In this document: positions 59,101 through 64,000 of the stretch, piece after piece
Layout: the number at the start of each line of letters is the position of its first letter
How positions within the stretch are numbered: the stretch's first letter is position 1
Assembly: GCA_013239625.1 (NCBI GenBank)
Contig: MU054764.1
Location: 147,983 to 211,982 of the forward strand
Reading direction: 5' to 3'
Length of the DNA: 64,000 nt
Origin: Lama guanicoe
Lineage: Eukaryota
Translations under genes and position numbers: made by a program
Notes under the pieces: generated by a model
Seen by the model: the letters and a program-made list of their open reading frames with translations, nothing else
Database searches by the model: none
What the model was told of the DNA's origin: nothing

Positions 59101-59604
59101 TTCCAACCCGAGGACGTATGCAAAGCACACTATTTCCAAAGAAGTCCCATTGGCAGCTTCTCGAGGTTAGGAGGTGAGCACGTGAGTCTGGTGGGGACCC
59201 AGCTCAGCCCCGTCACCCCGGTCTTCCCGCCGTCCTCCCCCGACCCAGGAACAGGATGGTGATAAAGCAAGATGAGTGAGGGCTCCCGGCACCCGGGCTC
59301 CCCCAGCAGCTCTTCACGTAGCCCCCCGGTTCTGGTGACCGACCCCCCGGCTCTGAGATTGCACCAGTATCGGAAGACCAGCCCGCCGGGTGGGGGCGGC
59401 AGAGCGAGGCGAGGGCCACAAGGGAAGCCTCTGCGTCGTCTGCGACGAGGCGCGGGATTCTACAGTGACCGCAAGGTGAGCAGTGTGACAGCCGAGGGGC
59501 CCACAGACCCCCACGTGACTTTCCCTCCGGCTTTTCCTACCCTGGTCCGTCTGCAGCAGACAGGAGATGGGCGTCAGGCACACCGCCAGCCAGAGGAAGG
59601 CCAT
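41091..59604 (-). CDS. IL3RA: interleukin-3 receptor alpha chain (CD123), 11 coding exons, 372 aa
   Basis: complement join(59541-59604,52343-52461,50030-50144,49462-49594,49197-49375,47515-47633,45103-45126,43763-43880,42518-42614,41400-41481,41091-41159) = 1119 nt, all GT-AG and in phase. Signal peptide, AENLTCWVHDVDLLTCSW, WGEWS motif, TM TSLLIALGTLLAL, box1 LFPPIPHVKDPI. Confidence 0.94.
41400..41481 (-). CDS. IL3RA: IL3RA exon 11, box1 (YAVMQQLFPPIPHVKDPISDHLQNERM)
   Basis: gccag / gtacgt. Confidence 0.94.
42518..42614 (-). CDS. IL3RA: IL3RA exon 10, transmembrane (VCGRAPLPVWLTSLLIALGTLLALGLVLLLCRR)
   Basis: ccctag / gtgag. Confidence 0.94.
43022..43076. repeat. G22-AAACCAGGTGT-C22 inverted repeat
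   Basis: direct count. Confidence 0.9.
43763..43880 (-). CDS. IL3RA: IL3RA exon 9 (TEDNFLKLSNPGTYTVRIRAR...WGEWSAQERF)
   Basis: cctgcag / gtgagt; NPGTYTV and a WSXWS-type motif. Confidence 0.94.
43950..44345 (+). mobile_element. MaLR LTR
   Basis: ccccaaattcacatgttgaggtcctaaccc...ggttttaagccacc. Confidence 0.7.
44575..44790 (+). mobile_element. MaLR LTR fragment, family A
   Basis: ggccctgcatccaaggacagtgacct core. Confidence 0.7.
45103..45126 (-). CDS. IL3RA: IL3RA exon 8, 24-nt microexon (GAHLEHKQ)
   Basis: strong acceptor cttctctcttccag, donor CAG|gtgggt, phase 0-0; matches the position of the short human exon 8. Confidence 0.8.
45340..46320. repeat. AT-rich degenerate tandem array, ~150-180-bp unit
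   Basis: tgagcagtttt(a/g)ggtt..aga..aa anchor near 45357, 45541, 45701, 45880, 46030 and 46177. Confidence 0.65.
46330..46680 (+). mobile_element. two tandem artiodactyl-type L1 3' ends
   Basis: gctgtacacc(a/t)gaaa.taa motif plus A-tail occurs twice. Confidence 0.75.
47515..47633 (-). CDS. IL3RA: IL3RA exon 7 (ERRTAPTITSAWCNQTYSIIQWQVRSHFREDFEYELEMQQ)
   Basis: ccccag / gtaaa; RSHF and YEL motifs. Confidence 0.92.
49197..49375 (-). CDS. IL3RA: IL3RA exon 6 (SFQKWPCSQY...VECRFDDLS...IPCSEITKTLHEI)
   Basis: ccccag / gtgagt; preceded by an 86-nt intron. Confidence 0.92.
49462..49594 (-). CDS. IL3RA: IL3RA exon 5 (EGKARAAAENLTCWVHDVDLLTCSWAVG...YLENL)
   Basis: cccag / gtagg; cytokine-receptor Cys pair and CxW. 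Confidence 0.93.
50030..50144 (-). CDS. IL3RA: IL3RA exon 4 (ARNNTYCKFAHIPCQATNYSVSVTQGPPFSGWIQYPKL)
   Basis: gtcttag / gtgag; NNxYC, TNY and PPFS motifs. Confidence 0.9.
50180..50488 (+). mobile_element. two tandem tRNA-derived SINEs (50180-50306, 50360-50488)
   Basis: tagctcagcggtagagcg...gtcctgggttccatccccagcacctcc plus tail. Confidence 0.8.
50848..50966 (-). mobile_element. tRNA-derived SINE
   Basis: ggggaggtaattaggttta...gaacccaggacctc. Confidence 0.8.
51170..51390 (-). mobile_element. artiodactyl-type L1 3' end
   Basis: reverse complement of the 15052 motif. Confidence 0.75.
51470..51860 (+). mobile_element. MaLR LTR, family B
   Basis: core very similar to 15597-15760. Confidence 0.75.
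52343..52461 (-). CDS. IL3RA: IL3RA exon 3 (DPHPVIKNLRMDPERKRMSWDLHGNVSQIWCFVNSRRVHK)
   Basis: tttcag / gtaaa; resembles recalled human DPNPPITNLRM...TWDL. Confidence 0.9.
53950..57555 (+). mobile_element. decayed L1 5'/ORF1-ORF2 region with inserted SINEs (55204, 55455, 56531, 56782)
   Basis: 57366-57553 translates, with a frameshift and a stop, to NFPNLEKESDLQVHEAQRVP..MNPNRPTPRHAIIKM..VLEAARE..YRGTP (L1 ORF1p). Confidence 0.7.
54796..57449 (+). repeat. 1327-bp direct tandem duplication (54796-56122 / 56123-57449)
   Basis: copies align at a constant offset of 1327 with about 8 substitutions by eye. Confidence 0.95.
57560..58110 (+). mobile_element. MaLR LTR family A (partial copy followed by a longer copy)
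   Basis: gggacaccttga.ctcagacgtctggtctcca occurs twice. Confidence 0.75.
59541..59604 (-). CDS. IL3RA: IL3RA exon 2, signal peptide (MAFLWLAVCLTPISCLLQTDQ); exon spans 59541-59635; extra in-frame ATG at 59622
   Basis: acceptor ctcttccag, donor G|gtagg; 64 coding nt. Confidence 0.9.
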
Positions 59605-59765
59605 GGCGAAGGCAGCTCCCATGGGAAGGCGGTGTCTGGAAGAGAAGAGAGAGTTACCAGTGGGCACGGCCATGGGGATGGACAGGGGAGGCGGGAAGGG
59701 GGCCGAGCCCTCCAGGACACGTCATGCTCGGAAGGCAGGGAGCTGCTTCCAGGAGGGGAGCCCCC

Positions 59766-60102
59766 TGTACATGTGTGTGCATGTGTACGTACACATGTGC
59801 ACATATGACACGCATTTATGCCTGTACACTGCATGCATGTGTGTCCACATGCATATATATGCAAATATTACAAATGCATTTCTGTGTCTGTGTGCACGTG
59901 CATGCCTGCCTGCGTGTGCATGCGTGTATCTGGGGGTGTGTGCACACATATGACACGTGTATTGTGTGTCTGTATGTGCACTGCATGTCTGTGTGCACCC
60001 GTGTGTGTGCACACGTCACACACGGTTGTGCCTGCATGTCTGTGAGTGCATGTGTGCACATATGTGTGCATGTGTGTGTCTGTGTGCACTTGTGTGTGTG
60101 TC
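59766..60102. repeat. degenerate (TG/CA)n repeat
   Basis: direct reading. Confidence 0.85.
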
Positions 60103-61570
60103 AGCCTGTCTCTAAAGAGCCCCAACCCTGGGATCTGAGCACACCCTTGGCCTCAGTCCCATTGTGACCCGGAAAGCACGCTCCACACAGGGCACCAGGA
60201 AACGCTGGGGTCACAAAGCAGGGGAAGGAAGTCCAATTAGAACCATGAAATCAATGCAGACTGAGTTTCCTGAGTGGACGGGATACGGGAACTGAGCTCT
60301 GTTGTCTCAGCGTCCCGGCCAGTCTTTCCCCAGGGTCCCCATGGCTCCCCCTCCGCAGGCCAGCTGTCCGGGACCCTCACTGGCGGGGGGCCACCTTCTG
60401 CACCCTCAGAGCTCCAGGCACGGGGTGTCCTGATGGACCCCACCTTTTCCTCCCCAGCCACCTGAGTGGTGTCATGCAAATGCCGTCCACACCTGGGGGC
60501 CAGCTCCGGGCTGCCACGCACACAGATCCCACCGCAGCGCCTCGGATGCTCACCTGCCTCGGGGGCCACCCTCTCTGTAGGACCCATGAAAATCGCCCCA
60601 AACTGCCCATGCTGGGCCATCTTGCCTGACGCTGGGGAGGGGACGGAGGCTCTCCCTGCCTCATTCAGGGCATTCCCAGCCCCCATCAGGAGTCCCCACC
60701 CAGATGGAGCCTCGCCTGCTCCCTCGTCCCATCCCAGAGCTCCCAGGAGATTTCCCAGGACTGACACGATCCCCAGTGAGTGCCAACTTTCCCACCAATC
60801 TGACACCAAAGGCTGACACCCAGGGTACTTCTGGCTGAACCGGGGGTCAGGCCCGAGAGACCCTTCTCCTAAAGTCCAGGACTGCCTACCCGTGCGAAGC
60901 GTCCAGGGACGGATGTCTTGTGGTCCATTTGTAATACAGGGATTGGAGAAAAAGATCAGAATCGTGCAAAGAGCGGATGAGAGCGGCCTAGCGCTTGTCC
61001 TTAATGCACGCAGACAGGCCGGGCGGGCGTCCCGGGGGGCGCGGCTGTGCGTTCCCGGCCCCGCAGGCACGGACGGCTCCAGCGTCCTGACTAACGCTCA
61101 CCGCACCCCTAAGGCACCGCTCCTCACGTGCGAGGCTCACGTCCTCTGAAGAACCGGAGCGCATCAGGGCCATCGTGATATCACACTGCCCCCAGATTAT
61201 GAAGGGACAGAGGGCGTCTGGACAGAGTCGAGCCCCCAGGGGCTGAGGCTGGGGCTGGGGTCAGCAGAGTAGGGGCGAGCCCAGGGGAATGCCTTCTTGG
61301 GCGTGAGGACTTCGAGGTCGGCGTGTGTTGCCCTGGACGGCACGTCACAGCGGCCGTGAGCCGCGTTCAAATCCGGGGTGCCCCCCTCTCCGCCCTGGGG
61401 CTGGCGGTCAGTACCCCGTCTGCAGGGACAGCAGCCCCGGCCACCTGCCTTCTCCCCCTCCACCCGTCCCGGCTTCTTACCGGGGATGCAGGGCAAAGTC
61501 CAGCGGGACAGAGGTGGCCCCCTCCTGGCTCTGGTCCAGCTGGGCTGGGAGTGGACCCCGGGCTCCTCAC

Positions 61571-61690
61571 CCCCTTGCTTGACTGGCTGAGCGGCAGGCA
61601 GGCTCTTGAAAGACAAAGAAGCTAGTTTTTCCCTATTAGTGTTTTTATAGCTCCAGCTGCAGCCCCACCCCTGAACTTCACACCCAATGA
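61571..61690 (-). promoter_or_regulatory. IL3RA: IL3RA core promoter and non-coding exon 1 (~61620 to 61571)
   Basis: minus strand: ATTGG (61684-88), GGGGTGGGG (CACCC box), CAGCTG E-box, TATAAAA (61643-49), then donor GG|gtgagg at 61570. Resembles the recalled human IL3RA upstream sequence. Confidence 0.7.
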
Positions 61691-62289
61691 GGGTGGGACG
61701 CGGTGTGTGACCTGGTCAGGGAGTCCTCCACGCCCCCGCCCCCGACTTCGTCCTCGCAGCGCGGGACTAGAATGTGCGGCCACCAGCACGACAGCCACTC
61801 CGGGCTCACCCTGCAGGGAGCAGTTTCTCTCGAACGATTCCTCTCCTGTTCTCGCTTCTGTTTGCGGGCCGCTCTTTGCCCCGGTCTTAATGACTGCCCG
61901 CGTTTCAGGCAGGCTTGAGCAATTTCCTGGAAAGGTGTTGTGGGTTAATGGGTGGGGTGGCGGTAGGGGTGGGGTGAGCGTGAATGGCCGGGGCCCTGGC
62001 CGCCTTCTTCCGAGGTCGGGAAGACCCTCCTCGTGTCCTCGGGGACCGGCAGGTGACCCCGGGTCCCCAATTCGCTGGCTGCCCGGGGCTCACTCAGTCA
62101 AGTCCAACCCTCAGCCTTCCCAGCGGCTGTCTGTGAGGTCCCCATGCCCGGCCCCTCCAGGGCTCCCTCTGCACTCCCTCTGCACCCACCCCCTCCCATC
62201 CTGCCGCTGCCCACTCTCCCATAGGTACCCCCATCCTCTTCTCTCCTGCAATGTTTTGAGGGCTCCCTCTGCCCTCCCTCTGCACCCAC

Positions 62290-62720
62290 CGCCCCCCGAA
62301 ATGCATGTCCACCTGGAACCTCTGAACGCGAATTTCTTTACTAATGGGGCTGTCGCAGGTGTAAGGGATTGAGGCACAACTGAGCCCTGCTGGAACAGCC
62401 TGGCCCTGACGTCCCAGGGGACTGCTGTCCTTATGAGAAGGTGGCTAAGGACATACAGGGACACAGGGAGGAGACACCATGTGGAGATGGAGGCAGAGAT
62501 GGGCGGGAGGCGGCCACCAGCCCAGGGATGGATGCCTGGGGCCCCCAGAAGCTGGAAGAGGCAGGAGGGACCCTGCCCTGGAGCCTCGGGAGGGAGCGCG
62601 GCCCTGGGACGACTTGACCTCAGGCATCTGGTCTCCAGGACGCAGGGAGGGTAAGTTTCTGTGGTTTTAAGCCGTCCAGCTTCGGGTTGTTTGTTACGGT
62701 CACCCACCTGCCACGGACCA
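62290..62720 (+). mobile_element. MaLR LTR, family A
   Basis: ggccaccagcccagggatggatgcctgg..cagaagctggaagaggcaggagggaccc core. Confidence 0.75.
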
Positions 62721-64000
62721 CGTGTCTTGGTGGCCGACCAGCCCCACTGGGAGATTAACGCCGTCTCCCCCCACAGGAAGGACCAGACCCCCCTCTCCTC
62801 ATCCGTCCTCAGGGGTGATGCGCCTGTTACAAAGAATGGACACCTGTCTCCTCCTGGTCCCTTTTAGTCTGGGACGGAAGCAGGGCATTGGTGGGGGGCA
62901 TCTAGGCGGATCAGAGCCGGGGGCGTGGGGATGGATGACAGAGCTGAGCGATGACAGTCCAGAATGGACTTCGCCCGCGGGGCTGCAGACGGCTGTCCAG
63001 CTGGGCCCCAGAAAGCGGACCACTTTCCCCAGGCAATTTCCGCAGAAATGGGGCCTTTTGAGAGATAAGAAGGCTAAGCTGACCCCAGAGGTCGCCCCGC
63101 TGTTACAACATGCACCCGCTTTCCTGCAACTCAGGGCTCTAATTAGGAAGGTGTGGAGAAGTGAGTCAGATGGAGCCGCGGGTATAGACATGAACTTGCC
63201 GGGGTTCCCCAACATTAGCTCCATGTGGGGAGGGGGCTTCTGGTTCCTCTCTCCCTCCCTCCCTCCATCCCTCCCTTCCTCCATCCCTCCCTTCTTCCCT
63301 TCCTTCCTTCCTCTTTCTTTTTTCTCCTAAAAGCCCAAAATCCTAATAAGAAAGGAACAGACAACAGAAAAGCAGCAGGTAGCCCCCCTGCCCTGCCCCG
63401 CCGGCCACAGGACAGGTGCCGGTCAGCTCAGCAGGCCCAAGGAAGCTGAGCCCTGACTGTCACTGGGCAGAGGCAGCAGAAGTGCCCCAGTGGGTGCAGC
63501 ACACTTCCCTGCTGACCAGGAGACCTCGGGTGTCTGCACGTGGGGTGACAGCAAGACAAAAGGGGGTCCCTGGTCACAGGGGCCTACTTCATGAAGGCTC
63601 TGCCCCCTCCTGCAGCCCCGCCAGCGTCCCTGAACCCCGGGGGGGAAGACGAGGTTTTGTGTCGGGGGTCTCTGGACGGTGGAGGGACCCCGATGAGGCA
63701 GAGGATGGTGGCATCGCCCAGAACAGGTGGCTGAGGCCCCCGGGCACGTGAATGCTGAGGTCCCTCCCTCCACAGGGTGCAGGACCCTCTCCCTCCTGAC
63801 CCGTCCCCGTCGCCGGGAGAGCGGGCTCCATCCCCACCTGTTTCCTCCAAGCTTCCCCGTCACCTGTTTGGTGCTGGAACATGATCAGACAACCAGAGGA
63901 CCAGGTTTCAGAAAACCAGGCAGACAACCGGGGAGCCGGGGTGGGACGGCTTCCGCGGTGCGCCCAGAACCCGGGCCCCCAAGGGCAGGGCGCGTACGTG

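Noticed and set aside
41091-59604. Assignment of the cytokine receptor to CSF2RA or CRLF2
   Set aside because: CWVHDVD, NPGTYTV, TSLLIALGTLLAL, KDPI and the tail-to-tail position next to SLC25A6 fit IL3RA

Overview
This is mammalian genomic DNA from the X/Y pseudoautosomal region (PAR). The gene order P2RY8(+), ASMTL(+), SLC25A6/ANT3(+), IL3RA(-) is the human PAR1 block read in reverse. The dominant tRNA-derived SINE (tail GGGGAGGTAATTAGGTTTATT) and the artiodactyl-type L1 3' ends point to a camelid; this is an inference. I traced by hand the single coding exon of P2RY8 (360 aa), all 13 ASMTL exons (~624 aa), SLC25A6 exons 2-4 (exon 1 CDS lies in an N-gap) and 11 coding exons of IL3RA (372 aa) with its TATA/CACCC/CCAAT promoter; all splice phases are consistent. 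I see no convincing novel protein-coding system. The most unusual signals are: (1) a GC donor and a lost, NAGNAG-rescued acceptor in ASMTL, plus a GC-eroded, triplet-expanded last exon; (2) old MaLR-type LTR copies that are unexpectedly similar to each other; (3) a near-identical 1327-bp tandem duplication and a G22/C22 palindrome in IL3RA introns; (4) a palindromic ERR-type element plus NRF1 sites at SLC25A6; (5) a MER20-borne CTCF motif; (6) two candidate unannotated exons. Comparisons with human proteins are from memory and were not run as alignments. Repeat family names come from motif recognition, and repeat boundaries are approximate.
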